Origin: Candidatus Gottesmanbacteria bacterium
Lineage (GTDB): Bacteria > Patescibacteriota > Microgenomatia > UBA10105 > UBA927
Direction of reading: 5' to 3'
Assembly: GCA_023245355.1 (NCBI GenBank)
Contig: JAHFKN010000001.1
Coordinates: 139,528 to 203,527 of the forward strand
Length of the DNA stretch: 64,000 bases
Part shown: positions 50,272-60,256 of the stretch, in pieces
Layout: every line of letters starts with the position of its first letter
Position numbering within the stretch: position 1 is the first letter of the stretch
The notes under the pieces: model-generated
Told to the model about the DNA's origin: nothing
The model's input: only the letters and a program-made list of their open reading frames with translations
Databases searched by the model: none
Position numbers and translations under genes: made by a program

Positions 50272-50910
50272 TTATTTCTTTTTCTGCAGTCTGTTTCTGA
50301 TGTTTCGGACCGACCGCTTCAGATCAAAATAATCAAACAGTTCCGCATGCCAGCCCAGAGACAGTGCCGCATCGATATTTGGTTGCCGGTCATCAATAAA
50401 TAAAATTTCGTCGGGATTCACACGGGCTTTTGTCCGGGCAATATCGTATATTTTGCGGTCTGGCTTTACGGCACGGACCTGAGCCGATTCGATAATCACG
50501 TCCCATCCCACATCCGGGATCTTCCCTTTACGAAGCAGCGCGTCAATAGTTCCCAGCTCCGCATTGGACAGAATGCCGAGCCGGTATCCGCCGGTAAGTT
50601 CGTGTATGAGATCGTGCGTCTCCTGATAATGCCCCTGATATTCAGTGATAAAATCCACAAAATCGTCTTTGGGGTGCTCAATCCGGAACGTGGCTTTAAA
50701 ATCCCTAAGATACGCTTTGTTGTCCAGATTCCCGAGACACGATTCCCGCCAATTTTCATCAAAAAACGTCTGGATCGCTTCGGCATCCAAATGAAATTCC
50801 CGGGCTAAACCGCGTTTCGTCTGCTCGTTATCTATGACAACCCCGCCCAGATCGAAATAAATAAAAGAAATCTTTTTTTTCATACGGACTATGGCATCCG
50901 GGCGGATCAC
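50272..50910 (-). CDS. HAD-superfamily hydrolase
   Basis: Motif I FIYFDLGGVVID; motif III/IV region FIDDRQPNIDAA. Confidence 0.75.
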   Translation of the reverse strand: MIRPDAIVRMKKKISFIYFDLGGVVIDNEQTKRGLAREFHLDAEAIQTFFDENWRESCLGNLDNKAYLRDFKATFRIEHPKDDFVDFITEYQGHYQETHDLIHELTGGYRLGILSNAELGTIDALLRKGKIPDVGWDVIIESAQVRAVKPDRKIYDIARTKARVNPDEILFIDDRQPNIDAALSLGWHAELFDYFDLKRSVRNIRNRLQKKK

Positions 50911-50915
50911 CCTAC

Positions 50916-51638
50916 TTAGCGCACCGACTCGTTCGCTTTCTGTTCCAATGTATCGTTTAGCAAAGCGAGCGTGCCAAGTGCTTTCTCAAGAAGCCAATCG
51001 GCAATCGCAGGATTTTTCGGCAGCAGGGGACCATGGAAGTAACTGCCGATCGCGTTTTTATATATTACCCCTTCCCACCCGTCATCGCCGTTGTTCCCGT
51101 TTCCGCTGATTACTTTTGCAAGCGGTTTCATTTTGGGACCCAAATGCGTCCTGCCGCCGTGGTTTTCAAACCCGACAATAACCGTTCCTGCGAGTACATG
51201 CGGATTCACGATTTCGGCACGCACGTTACCGATAAGTCTTTTTGCCTGATCTCCGGGATGTTCGGTCGTAAGGTCAAAAATGCCGGCACCGGGAATAGTA
51301 TCCCCCTGATACGGCTTATAATAGCGCCCGACAAACTGATATGCAGCGCAGACAAACAACGCGGGGATATTGCTTTCTACCATCTTTTTTACGACGGGAC
51401 CTTTCCGTTTCAGGAAATCCTCACCGGCGAGTTTCTGCTGCCGGTCCTGTGCGCCCCCCATAAATATCAGACCGCAGGATTCCAATACGGATACCGGCGT
51501 TTCCAGGGTAACCGGTACAATATCCGCCCGTACACCGCGCCAGGAGCTTCGTCTTTCCAGCACTATCACGTTCCCGCGGTCTCCGTACGTACTCATGAGA
51601 TCGGGATACAGCCATGCAATGCGGATTGATTTTTTCAT
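50916..51638 (-). CDS. gatD: Lipid II isoglutaminyl synthase, glutamine amidotransferase subunit GatD (CobQ-like GATase)
   Basis: Class I GATase Cys region LIFMGGAQD..FVCAAYQFVG and His HGGRTH. Overlaps the upstream Mur-ligase-like gene. Confidence 0.7.
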   Translation of the reverse strand: MKKSIRIAWLYPDLMSTYGDRGNVIVLERRSSWRGVRADIVPVTLETPVSVLESCGLIFMGGAQDRQQKLAGEDFLKRKGPVVKKMVESNIPALFVCAAYQFVGRYYKPYQGDTIPGAGIFDLTTEHPGDQAKRLIGNVRAEIVNPHVLAGTVIVGFENHGGRTHLGPKMKPLAKVISGNGNNGDDGWEGVIYKNAIGSYFHGPLLPKNPAIADWLLEKALGTLALLNDTLEQKANESVR

Positions 51639-52963
51639 AAAATCTTTCTCCCTTTCAGGATTTTCCGCGCTTCCAGCATGGCAGAATACGTCGCCAGTAC
51701 ATACAGCGGCTCATGAGTGTTACGTTCCCGCGCATGCATAAAAGCCAGAGACAGATCCGTAAATACCTGAGGCTCTCTGCCGGCGGGAGACGCGTATTTC
51801 AGCCTGAGTGCCATATCGTATGCCCTATCCCCACTTACCAAAACGGTGGCAGAGGGCGGAACCGTTTCGAAATCCACATCCCAAATCCAGCTTACGTCTC
51901 TTCCGTCAGGAATACGGTCATTTAATACAAACAGCAGCTCTTTGGCTCCCATATCCAGTACGGTACGCAATGAGGCGTTAAACCCGGCCGGATTTTTCGA
52001 CAAAAACAGTTTGACGGTTTTACCCGCCGACTCTATCTCTTCCTGACGGCCGAACGCAGGGGCAAATGACTGGAGTGACTTTTTGATCGCTGATTCCGGA
52101 ATACCCAGGGATTTGGCCAGGGCGACGGCGGCCAGCGTATTATATTGGTTATACAGCCCCGGCAGCGTGCTCGGCCAGCGGTTCACTGTCGGATCCGGAC
52201 GCGTAAATGAGCATCCCGTGCACTTCCATACGCCGATATGCGAATAATACACGCCGCGGTACGTTAACCTGCGGCCGCAGCTCGGGCAAAACGTCGAATC
52301 CGTGGCGTGCTCCCTGACGCTAAGATACTTTCCGGCGTCATTTAATCCGTAATAAACGGCCTTACCTTTGACGGACGTGCCGATAAACGCCACGGCCGGG
52401 TCATCGCTGTTGAGAATAAACACGGTTTCCTTCGGAAGTGCAGACAACGCACGGATCCATTTTTCCACGATCACGTCTACTTCGCCGTACCGGTCCAGCT
52501 GATCGCGGAACAGATTGAGGAGAATTACCCGCTTGGGCGTCATGTACCGCAAAATGACGGGAAGTGAATTTTCATCAATCTCAAAAATACCCACGTCCGC
52601 GCGCACGCGCCCCAGCCAATCTGCATTCCGTATGAATGATGAAACCACGCCGTTTATCAAATTGGCGCCCGTCGCATTATGCACCACGCTGTCACCGATA
52701 TGTTCAAGGATTGTTTTTACCATCAGCGACGTCGTCGTCTTACCGTTGGTGCCGGCTACCAGGATTACGCCGTCTGACAGCCGTTCTGAAAGTGCAGTCG
52801 CGATATTTGGCCGCAGCATGAGGGCCACTTCCCCCGGCCAGGTTTCTCCTGCTCCCAACCCAAGCAGCGTGCTGGTGAAAGATACAAGTTTCGTGAGAAT
52901 AACTACGAGGCGGTCAAACAAGCCCATACCCTCATTATCGCGCAACATGGGCTCGCAAGGCAA
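51635..52963 (-). CDS. murT: Mur ligase family protein MurT (lipid II amidation)
   Basis: Mur ligase central domain VAGTNGKTTTSLMV; C-terminal Cys ribbon CPSCGRRL...CTGCSF typical of MurT (DUF1727). Confidence 0.75.
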   Translation of the reverse strand: MPCEPMLRDNEGMGLFDRLVVILTKLVSFTSTLLGLGAGETWPGEVALMLRPNIATALSERLSDGVILVAGTNGKTTTSLMVKTILEHIGDSVVHNATGANLINGVVSSFIRNADWLGRVRADVGIFEIDENSLPVILRYMTPKRVILLNLFRDQLDRYGEVDVIVEKWIRALSALPKETVFILNSDDPAVAFIGTSVKGKAVYYGLNDAGKYLSVREHATDSTFCPSCGRRLTYRGVYYSHIGVWKCTGCSFTRPDPTVNRWPSTLPGLYNQYNTLAAVALAKSLGIPESAIKKSLQSFAPAFGRQEEIESAGKTVKLFLSKNPAGFNASLRTVLDMGAKELLFVLNDRIPDGRDVSWIWDVDFETVPPSATVLVSGDRAYDMALRLKYASPAGREPQVFTDLSLAFMHARERNTHEPLYVLATYSAMLEARKILKGRKIL

Positions 52964-52965
52964 AC

Positions 52966-53457
52966 TTATGCTATCGGCGCATTGAGAAATACGTGGACAA
53001 AAACTTCCTTCCCTTTATAGGTAACCGTCTCTACGCCGACCGAAACGGGCACGTCGGGATAATCCTCAACGATCCTGTACCGATACTGCCAATCTCCGTC
53101 CGCCGGAGGAGTCACCTCTTCATGCAAACGCGTTTTGTCGGCAAATACTGACAGCTGTTTTTTAAGATACGCGATAACCTGCGATTCATGTATGCCGAGA
53201 GCTGATAGTTTTTCCGGAGACACAATGCCGCCGGCAAATACCCGGGTTGCCATATCAGTACCGATACGGGCAATCTCCTGACCGCCTCCCACACGTTTGA
53301 CTATCCAGTGATCATTGTATTCCGCTTGAAGTTCGGGAAACGACAATTCCGCCGCTTTGAGCGTAAACGGTCCGCGTGGCACATCCTGATACACACTTGT
53401 ACCGGCGTACCCGGATTTCAATCCTTTGGTCAGTATGTTTTCCGCATTACTCTTCAT
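52966..53457 (-). CDS. Hypothetical protein
   Basis: 163 aa. No motif recognised. Confidence 0.4.
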   Translation of the reverse strand: MKSNAENILTKGLKSGYAGTSVYQDVPRGPFTLKAAELSFPELQAEYNDHWIVKRVGGGQEIARIGTDMATRVFAGGIVSPEKLSALGIHESQVIAYLKKQLSVFADKTRLHEEVTPPADGDWQYRYRIVEDYPDVPVSVGVETVTYKGKEVFVHVFLNAPIA

Positions 53458-53460
53458 GAT

Positions 53461-54357
53461 TTACATGGAACGGAGCCGTTTAATTCTGTCTTCCAGCGGA
53501 GGATGCGTATTAAAGGCATTGGCAAACCATGCCCCGAAATTCTTGCCTTTGAACGGATTCGTGATGTACAGGTGTGCCGTCGCGTTCGTTGCCGCTTCCA
53601 GCACCTCTTTGTCCCGTCCTAATTTTTCCAGTGCGCGGGCTAACCCTTCCGGATAGCGCGTCAGTTTCGCTCCCGATGCATCGGCCAGATATTCACGGTT
53701 GCGTGACGCGGCAAGCTGGATAAGAGAAGCAATGATCGGCGAAATAAGTGCCAACACGATGCCGACGATCAGCATGAGACCTCCCAATCCGCGGTCATCA
53801 TCTCTGTCCCTGTGCCCGCCCCACCATAATGTTCTCAAAAATATATCAGCCAGATACGCTACCGTACCGACGAGAACCGCAATAACCGCCATGAGCCGGG
53901 TATCAAAATTCTTAATATGCGACAACTCGTGCGCGATAACTCCCTCGAGCTCCCTGCGTTCAAGCTGCGCTAAAATCCCCGTCGTGGCGACGACGACCGC
54001 GTGCTGAGGATCCCGCCCGGTAGCAAAAGCATTCATGGCCGTATCTTCGATGACATATAACCTGGGCTTGGGAATTCCCCCGGCGATTGCTAAGTTTTCG
54101 GCAACCGTGTAAAAGTCAAAATCCCGTTTTCTGTCTGCAGGACGCGCTCCCGACATAGCCAAAATAAGGGAATCCCCCCAGTAATAACTGACAAAGCTGG
54201 AGATTACGGAAAACAGCACGGCAAACCACATGAAGCTGGTGCCATATCCCAGTGACACGCCCAGCACGTACGAAACCAGGATAACAAATGCCACGAATGC
54301 GGCCATGATCACATACGTCTTAGTGACGTTAGACTGTATGGCAGAGGAAATTGTCAT
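53461..54357 (-). CDS. htpX: M48 zinc metalloprotease HtpX homolog
   Basis: IAHELSHIKNFD (HExxH) with N-terminal TM helices. Confidence 0.85.
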   Translation of the reverse strand: MTISSAIQSNVTKTYVIMAAFVAFVILVSYVLGVSLGYGTSFMWFAVLFSVISSFVSYYWGDSLILAMSGARPADRKRDFDFYTVAENLAIAGGIPKPRLYVIEDTAMNAFATGRDPQHAVVVATTGILAQLERRELEGVIAHELSHIKNFDTRLMAVIAVLVGTVAYLADIFLRTLWWGGHRDRDDDRGLGGLMLIVGIVLALISPIIASLIQLAASRNREYLADASGAKLTRYPEGLARALEKLGRDKEVLEAATNATAHLYITNPFKGKNFGAWFANAFNTHPPLEDRIKRLRSM

Positions 54358-54953
54358 TATTCGAAGCTAACTTTCACACTCTTACGTTCTGCTTCGTCGG
54401 CTGCGAAGAATTCCTTCTCATGAAATCCGAGCATTTCGTTCACTAACGTATTGGGGAACGTACGGATCTTGATGTTGTAGTCGTTTACGACGGAATTGTA
54501 ATACTGTCTGCTGTAGGCTACTTTGTCTTCCGTATCCGAAAGTTCTTTCTGCAACTGGGTAAAATTTTCATTTGCCTTAAGCTGCGGATAATTCTCTGCG
54601 ACGGCAAACAGCTTGCCGAGCGCTCCTGTCAGCATATCGCTTGCCTTAGCCTTATCCGGCAATGATGTCGCACCCATCAGGGCGCTCCTGGCTTTTGTCA
54701 CATCGGAAAATACCGTTTTTTCATGTTTGGCATATCCTTTGACAGTGCTCACGAGATTCGGAATCAGGTCCGCCCGGCGCTTAAGCTGGATATCAATCTG
54801 ACTCCATGCTTCTTCTATCTGCGTTTTGAGCGTCACTAATCCGTTATACAGTGTCCAGAAATACGTAAGGAGAAGAGCAATTGCGCCGAGGATAATCCAC
54901 AATGTATTCATAAAAATTCTCCTTCCGGTTAACCCGCATTTTTGGTTAACCAC
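54357..54953 (-). CDS. lemA: LemA family protein
   Basis: N-terminal TM + LYNGLVTLKTQIEEAWSQIDIQLKRRADLIPNLV. Confidence 0.85.
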   Translation of the reverse strand: MVNQKCGLTGRRIFMNTLWIILGAIALLLTYFWTLYNGLVTLKTQIEEAWSQIDIQLKRRADLIPNLVSTVKGYAKHEKTVFSDVTKARSALMGATSLPDKAKASDMLTGALGKLFAVAENYPQLKANENFTQLQKELSDTEDKVAYSRQYYNSVVNDYNIKIRTFPNTLVNEMLGFHEKEFFAADEAERKSVKVSFE

Positions 54954-56707
54954 GATGTGAAATCATTATAGCCTAAGGTATTTGTGATGTCACGTTTTTG
55001 GGCCCATCCCCGGCGGGCGACCGATACCCCGTATTGCATGAGGTCCATGTGTTCTGACGCATGAGCATCAGTATCTATAACCAGGCGGATCCCATCTTTG
55101 ACAGCATCGTATACCAGCGTATCGGGCAAATCGAGCCGCTCAGGAAACGCGTTGATTTCGAGGGCAATATCATGCGCTTTAGCCACCGCAAACACTTTGG
55201 GCCAATCCGCGTCCACTCCTTCACGGCTCCCCAATAGTCTGCCGGTCGGATGCCCGAGAATGCGTACCTTCGGGTGCTTTGTAAGAGCACTGATAAGCCG
55301 CGCGGTAACCTGTGCCTTCGGCTGGGTAAATGCCGAGTGAACCGATACGATCACCGCATCGACATAAGCAAACGCTTTCTCCGGCAGCGCTAAGCCGCCG
55401 TCCGGCAGGATATCCACTTCACACATCAGAAACATACGTACGCGTTGCTTTTGCGTTGGCTTCCAGGAAGCATATTGCGTTTCATACGCATCTTTTCTCC
55501 GCTTCATGATATCCACTATTTCGTTTGCCGTCTGATTGGCCCGCGGATTATGATCGGAAAATCCTATGTATTCGTACCCTAACTGTTCGGCTTTGGTAAG
55601 CAATTCATGGACGGAATTTTTCCCAAGGTCGTGCGACGAATGCAGATCATAATTGGAATGTACATGCAGGTCTCCCAGGATATCGCCGGGTGCTACCAGT
55701 TTGGGAAGCTTACCTGTCTTTGCCGCAGCAATTTCCCCTTTGTCTTCCCGCAATTCCGGCGGAATCATCGGCAATCCGACCGCTTTATAGAACGCCTCTT
55801 CGGTGCTGTATTTTTTGATTTTGCCGGTTTTCACATCTTTGATGCCGTATTCATTGAGGGATTTACCCTGTTCGAGAGCCAGTGTGCGCAACTGGATATT
55901 GTGATTCTTGCTGCCGGTAAAATACTGCAGCATCGCGCCGTATGCTTCGGGCGTCTGTACCCGAAGATCCGCCTGCCTGCCGTTTGACAGCAACAGCGTG
56001 GCTCCCCTGGGGCCATGATCGATTATTTTCTGATGGGGAAAGGTGAGGAACCGTTCCAAAACGGCTTCCGGTTTGCGCGTTGCCACTGCAATATCGATAT
56101 CCCCGACCGTCGATACCTGACGCCTGAGACTCCCGAGGACATCTATCCGCTCAGTCCCACCGCCTTTTTCAATATACGAGATGACTTCACGTGCGACTTG
56201 ATCCGCATACGGCAGCGGCATACGGTTTTCTTTGATTGCGCCGCGTTTATAAATGCCGATTGATTCTAAAATTACGGACTGGGATTTCTCGCCGAATCCC
56301 TCTATCGGAGCAATTTTTCCTGCCTTTGCGGCCTTTTCCAAATCCGCAATCACGGTATTTGCATTCTTGAGCTTCAACGTAGTTACCAGTTGATAGGCTT
56401 TTTTCGGGCCCAACCCCGGTACCAACAGCAGCGGGAAAATCGCCTGCGGCACGCTGGCAAATACCGTTTCCCAATGCTTTGATTTCCCGAAACGGAACAG
56501 TTCATCCAGATTGCTGGCAATTCCCCCGCCTACTCCGGGGATTTCCTCGAGCTTATGATCGTCCCAATAATCCTTCACTTCGCTTGTTAGATGTTCAATG
56601 CTGTCTGCTGCGCGTTCGTACGCGATAATGCGGAAACGGTTCTCTCCGAGTACTAAATATGCCGCGGCAACTTTCCGAAGTATCGTCGCTATTTCGAGGT
56701 TTGTCAT
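54929..56707 (-). CDS. polX: DNA polymerase X family with C-terminal PHP phosphoesterase domain
   Basis: Pol beta-like N-terminal HhH (EIPGVGGGIASNL), nucleotidyltransferase GSLRRQVSTVGDIDIAV, PHP HVHSNYDLHSSHD. Start at MTNLEIATILRK. Confidence 0.85.
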   Translation of the reverse strand: MTNLEIATILRKVAAAYLVLGENRFRIIAYERAADSIEHLTSEVKDYWDDHKLEEIPGVGGGIASNLDELFRFGKSKHWETVFASVPQAIFPLLLVPGLGPKKAYQLVTTLKLKNANTVIADLEKAAKAGKIAPIEGFGEKSQSVILESIGIYKRGAIKENRMPLPYADQVAREVISYIEKGGGTERIDVLGSLRRQVSTVGDIDIAVATRKPEAVLERFLTFPHQKIIDHGPRGATLLLSNGRQADLRVQTPEAYGAMLQYFTGSKNHNIQLRTLALEQGKSLNEYGIKDVKTGKIKKYSTEEAFYKAVGLPMIPPELREDKGEIAAAKTGKLPKLVAPGDILGDLHVHSNYDLHSSHDLGKNSVHELLTKAEQLGYEYIGFSDHNPRANQTANEIVDIMKRRKDAYETQYASWKPTQKQRVRMFLMCEVDILPDGGLALPEKAFAYVDAVIVSVHSAFTQPKAQVTARLISALTKHPKVRILGHPTGRLLGSREGVDADWPKVFAVAKAHDIALEINAFPERLDLPDTLVYDAVKDGIRLVIDTDAHASEHMDLMQYGVSVARRGWAQKRDITNTLGYNDFTSWLTKNAG

Positions 56708-56783
56708 AGTACAAATGCTTTCCTGATCATAACAAATCGCTTGAACGGCCTCAATTATCATGATAAGATTGTGGTCAGTTCCT

Positions 56784-56858
56784 GGGATCGTAGCTCAGCC
56801 TGGTTAGAGCGCCTCCCTGTCAAGGAGGAGGTCGCCGGTTCGAGTCCGGTCGGTCCCG
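56784..56858 (+). tRNA. tRNA-Asp (anticodon GUC)
   Basis: GGGATCGTAGCTCAGCCTGGTTAGAGCGCCTCCCTGTCAAGGAGGAGGTCGCCGGTTCGAGTCCGGTCGGTCCCG. Anticodon loop CUGUCAA. Confidence 0.85.
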
Positions 56859-56906
56859 CAACACATGGGGTTTTCTATCACTGCCTGGAACGGAGGAAAT
56901 TGAATA

Positions 56907-57452
56907 ATGGTAGAACAGCTCAAGAAGAAATTAAGCAATCCCGATTCATTGGTCTCACTCTTTTTAGGCATAGCAGTCGTCGCGGTTATCGGCGTCATGA
57001 TTTTTAATTACATCAAGGAACGCAAAGCGCCGGATGTCACACAGTCTGAAACAAAAACAGAACAGAACGCGACCGGTTCTGCTGCATCTGCTTCACACAC
57101 GGTCATCGCAGGGGAAACATTGTGGAGTATTGCAGCCAGCACCATCGGAAGCGGGTATAACTGGGTAGATATACGGGACGCAAACAAGCTGACGAGTCCG
57201 GACAAGATTGAAGTCGGCCAGAAACTGCTTATTCCGCAGGTTGCCAAACGCGAGCCGGGGCAAATTAATGCAGCATCAGTAGAAGTGAAACGCCCGGCAG
57301 ACGGCAAATATACAGTGGCAGCAGGTGATTCATTGTGGAATATATCGGTCGCAGTGTACGGCACCGGGTTCCGTTGGACGGAAATTGCAAAAGCAAATAA
57401 TTTATCGAATCCGAATCTTATTTTTCGCGGCAATGTCTTAACGCTGCCGTAA
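56907..57452 (+). CDS. LysM-domain protein (two LysM repeats)
   Basis: N-terminal TM; HTVIAGETLWSIAAS..YNWVDIRDANKL and YTVAAGDSLWNISVAVYGTGFRWTEIAKANNL. Confidence 0.8.
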   Translation: MVEQLKKKLSNPDSLVSLFLGIAVVAVIGVMIFNYIKERKAPDVTQSETKTEQNATGSAASASHTVIAGETLWSIAASTIGSGYNWVDIRDANKLTSPDKIEVGQKLLIPQVAKREPGQINAASVEVKRPADGKYTVAAGDSLWNISVAVYGTGFRWTEIAKANNLSNPNLIFRGNVLTLP

Positions 57453-57467
57453 ATTTTTTTTGATACA

Positions 57468-59120
57468 CTAAAAAGGGAATCCTACACATGGGAATCCCTT
57501 ATAGCGGGCGTAGTACACTGGTAGTATATATCCTTCCCAAGGATAGGAAGAGGGTTCGATTCCCTTCGCCCGCTCCATATCGGAATTATTTTTCGAAAGT
57601 GAGCCTTTATCCCCATTTATCGACCCTTTTTCGGGTCCGAGCCGACCTTTTTCATCATCGTACTCATTTTCAATCTTTTTTAAGTAGATAAATGCTTTTT
57701 TGCCGTCAATTCGCACTAATCTGTCTTTTAAAACCAGGTCCGAGCCAAGAATCCTTAGTACCATTCTTTTAACCTCAATATCGTCAACATTGAAGATTTT
57801 GGTGACATTTGCAGCAAAGTTTAGAGTCTCTTCCATAGACTTTGTCCAGGAGGCTAAGCCGTCGGTTTCTATACTTTTTTTGGTTTGTTTTTCTTCGGTG
57901 AGGAGTCGAGTCTTTTCCTTTTGATACTCTTCCTCAGTAATCATTCCGTCGATCTTCATACCATAAAGAGATTTTTTCTCAACAAGAATTGTATCGAGTC
58001 GTTTTGTCTGTTTACCCTTTTGGGTACGTTCAAAGGCAAACTCTCGTTCATTCCGGCGCCTGAGGTTATTTTTTACCCATTCAACAAAAGCGGGGCGTAT
58101 TTCTAAACTGGCAACAAACTCTCGCACCTGTTTCTCGACCTCAATGCCATTTAAATAAGGTTGGTGGCATGGTCCCTTCTTTTTTGTACATCGAGCATAA
58201 ATAAAGGTCTGTGATGTCCCACCTTTATAGTGCTTAGTCTTTTTCTCGGCTGTAATCGCTGCACCACATTCGCCACATTTTAAGATTTTCATAAAGTAGA
58301 AGTTGTTGTGCTGAGTGAAGACTCGTTTCCGGCCGTCAATAATATCCTGAACCCTTTGATATTCGTCAAGCGTAATCATAGGTTGGTGTTTACCCTCATA
58401 TCTCTCACCAGCATAGTCAAACATCCCAGTGTAAAAAACGTTCCTAAAGAACCTAAACGATTCAGTAATGCTGACTGGTCGTCCAACTCTTCTTCGACTT
58501 CTTAACCCTAGCAAGGTTATTTTTTCGAGCGAACTAATTACGGTCTCGTCTCCAGTTAACATCAGGTCCCACCACTTTCGGCACAGGTCAAATCGTTCAG
58601 TATCAACAAGAACTTCCTTTTGACCCTTTGGTTTGAAGTAATCATTGAGGTAACCAAGCGGAGCATTTCCCGGTCTCCAGCCATTTTGCACTTTGGTATT
58701 CATGCCTCTTTTAACATTGTCAGAAAGATCCTTACTAAACTTGGTAGCCATACCAAACTCAATAAAAAGGAATGTTGAATTATTGCGATCGTAGTCCATA
58801 GTAGGGGTGACGATCAACATACCGTTATAATCGACGTGATCGATCAGAGTGCCGCCCTCCTTGGCATTACGACAGAGCCGGTCGGCTTTCCAACAGAAAA
58901 TGTGTTTTACTTCGCCTTTGGAAACTCGCTCAACCATAGCTTTAAACTCTGGACGACGGTCCGGACGTTTGGCTGATTTACTCTCCTTATAGATGCCTAT
59001 GACCGCAAAACCCTTGTCTTTAGCAAGTTCCTTACAAGTACGCTCCTGATCATCGAGGGAGAGAATTTGGCGGTCCTTATCCTCAGAGGATTTCCTACAA
59101 TAAATAAAACAAGTATTCAT
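57468..59120 (-). CDS. Large serine recombinase (integrase), paralogous to the island 1 recombinase
   Basis: MNTCFIYCRKSSEDKDRQILSLDDQE, CWKADRLCRN, zinc ribbon CGECGA...YARC. The C-terminal about 36 codons as called are antisense of tRNA-Gly and the flanking sequence. Confidence 0.85.
   Translation of the reverse strand: MNTCFIYCRKSSEDKDRQILSLDDQERTCKELAKDKGFAVIGIYKESKSAKRPDRRPEFKAMVERVSKGEVKHIFCWKADRLCRNAKEGGTLIDHVDYNGMLIVTPTMDYDRNNSTFLFIEFGMATKFSKDLSDNVKRGMNTKVQNGWRPGNAPLGYLNDYFKPKGQKEVLVDTERFDLCRKWWDLMLTGDETVISSLEKITLLGLRSRRRVGRPVSITESFRFFRNVFYTGMFDYAGERYEGKHQPMITLDEYQRVQDIIDGRKRVFTQHNNFYFMKILKCGECGAAITAEKKTKHYKGGTSQTFIYARCTKKKGPCHQPYLNGIEVEKQVREFVASLEIRPAFVEWVKNNLRRRNEREFAFERTQKGKQTKRLDTILVEKKSLYGMKIDGMITEEEYQKEKTRLLTEEKQTKKSIETDGLASWTKSMEETLNFAANVTKIFNVDDIEVKRMVLRILGSDLVLKDRLVRIDGKKAFIYLKKIENEYDDEKGRLGPEKGSINGDKGSLSKNNSDMERAKGIEPSSYPWEGYILPVYYARYKGFPCVGFPF
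57504..57577 (+). tRNA. tRNA-Gly (anticodon CCC)
   Basis: GCGGGCGTAGTACACTGGTAGTATATATCCTTCCCAAGGATAGGAAGAGGGTTCGATTCCCTTCGCCCGCTCCA, with encoded CCA. Near-identical acceptor and T arms to E. coli tRNA-Gly(CCC). Confidence 0.85.
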
Positions 59121-59395
59121 AATTTAGTGGCCACATCTGGTAACCGGTTGGTGTTGATGTTAACTCTTCCACGAGTTGATTCAAGTCGTTTTTTAACTAG
59201 GGCGTCAAAAAGATTGAGAAGGGCCGTGGCTTGTTCGAAGGCTTGGCTGTCCGTTAGCTTAATTCCATACTCTTTTAAGGCTATTGCTTTAAATTCATCC
59301 AATTCATCTCTGGTAATGAGCGAGTTGGTGAGTATTAATTCGTCTGTGTCCTTAGCTGGTTCTTTAGCTGAAGTTTCTGTCATTGTATATAACAA
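59117..59395 (-). CDS. Hypothetical small protein upstream of the recombinase (possible recombination directionality factor or regulator)
   Basis: 92 aa; 4-nt overlap with the recombinase start. More protein-like than the antisense ORF 59067-59426. Confidence 0.4.
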   Translation of the reverse strand: MLYTMTETSAKEPAKDTDELILTNSLITRDELDEFKAIALKEYGIKLTDSQAFEQATALLNLFDALVKKRLESTRGRVNINTNRLPDVATKL

Positions 59396-59626
59396 ACGTA
59401 CAGAAACTGGTGGTTTATCTCAATAAACTTTGTGGATTTTTATGTCCACATAAGTAGACTAATGTAAGTTTCTCTCCAATTTAGCCTGGGAGGTTCGATT
59501 GACAGAAGGGGGTGAAATTTGGTATATTACTAGTACCGAATGATCTCGGTGGTGAAAGTACCTTTTAAGGGAGCGAATGTCGGCACAGAAATGTGATCCG
59601 TCTTGGCCACAGGGATCGAACTTTTT

Positions 59627-60256
59627 TCAGTAAGGTTTCCACAAGTCTTCTTCCCTCTTTTTAATCATCTTATAGAACGTGTCGTCACTTCGATTGTATT
59701 TCCGGTAAATTGCCCCACAGACCATATCCGCCAGTTGCAGCAAGTTGTTGCTTTTAGAGTCTTTGTGTCTAATCTGGCCCAAGAGCTTCTCGATGTCAGT
59801 GTTGAGTTTCTTCCTTAAGTACCCGTTAAACTCCCGTATAAAGTGTTTACTGGTCAAATCGACGAACAACGATGCGTGGTTAATCCGATTCTGAGCTCTC
59901 ATAAAGAGTTGGTCAGCCACCAACATATACAAACTGTCAGTTGGGTTGAGAGGTTCTCTTTTGAGAAGCTTCGTTTTATCGATAATAACTGAGCGGTAAT
60001 GAAAATCAAAGCGGGACAATTTTCGCAAAAAGACTTCCTTCTCGTGATTTGAGGTGCCGGTGCTGAATTTAAACTCTCTTCCCGGATGAAACTTGAGATC
60101 CTTTTTAAGTTGGTTAATGGCGTCGTTGGCTTTCTCGGCTGCGTCTAAGTCGTCAAATATAACGATGGTCAAGACAAAATAGGGACTGGAGACTCTCTTA
60201 AAGTTGAATCCGGTGTCACCTGACTCATCCATAAAGATGAGCATGGCTAGTGACAT
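59627..60256 (-). CDS. DUF3800-family protein
   Basis: N-terminal LIFMDESGDTGF and C-terminal LLQLADMVCGAIYRKY (DUF3800 hallmarks). 209 aa. 10-nt overlap with the ImmA-like gene. Confidence 0.75.
   Translation of the reverse strand: MSLAMLIFMDESGDTGFNFKRVSSPYFVLTIVIFDDLDAAEKANDAINQLKKDLKFHPGREFKFSTGTSNHEKEVFLRKLSRFDFHYRSVIIDKTKLLKREPLNPTDSLYMLVADQLFMRAQNRINHASLFVDLTSKHFIREFNGYLRKKLNTDIEKLLGQIRHKDSKSNNLLQLADMVCGAIYRKYNRSDDTFYKMIKKREEDLWKPY

Noticed and set aside
57488-58505. Plus-strand ORFs inside the island 2 recombinase gene, and 59067-59426 (+)
   Set aside because: Antisense to the serine recombinase, or to the more protein-like 92-aa minus-strand ORF; low-complexity translations.
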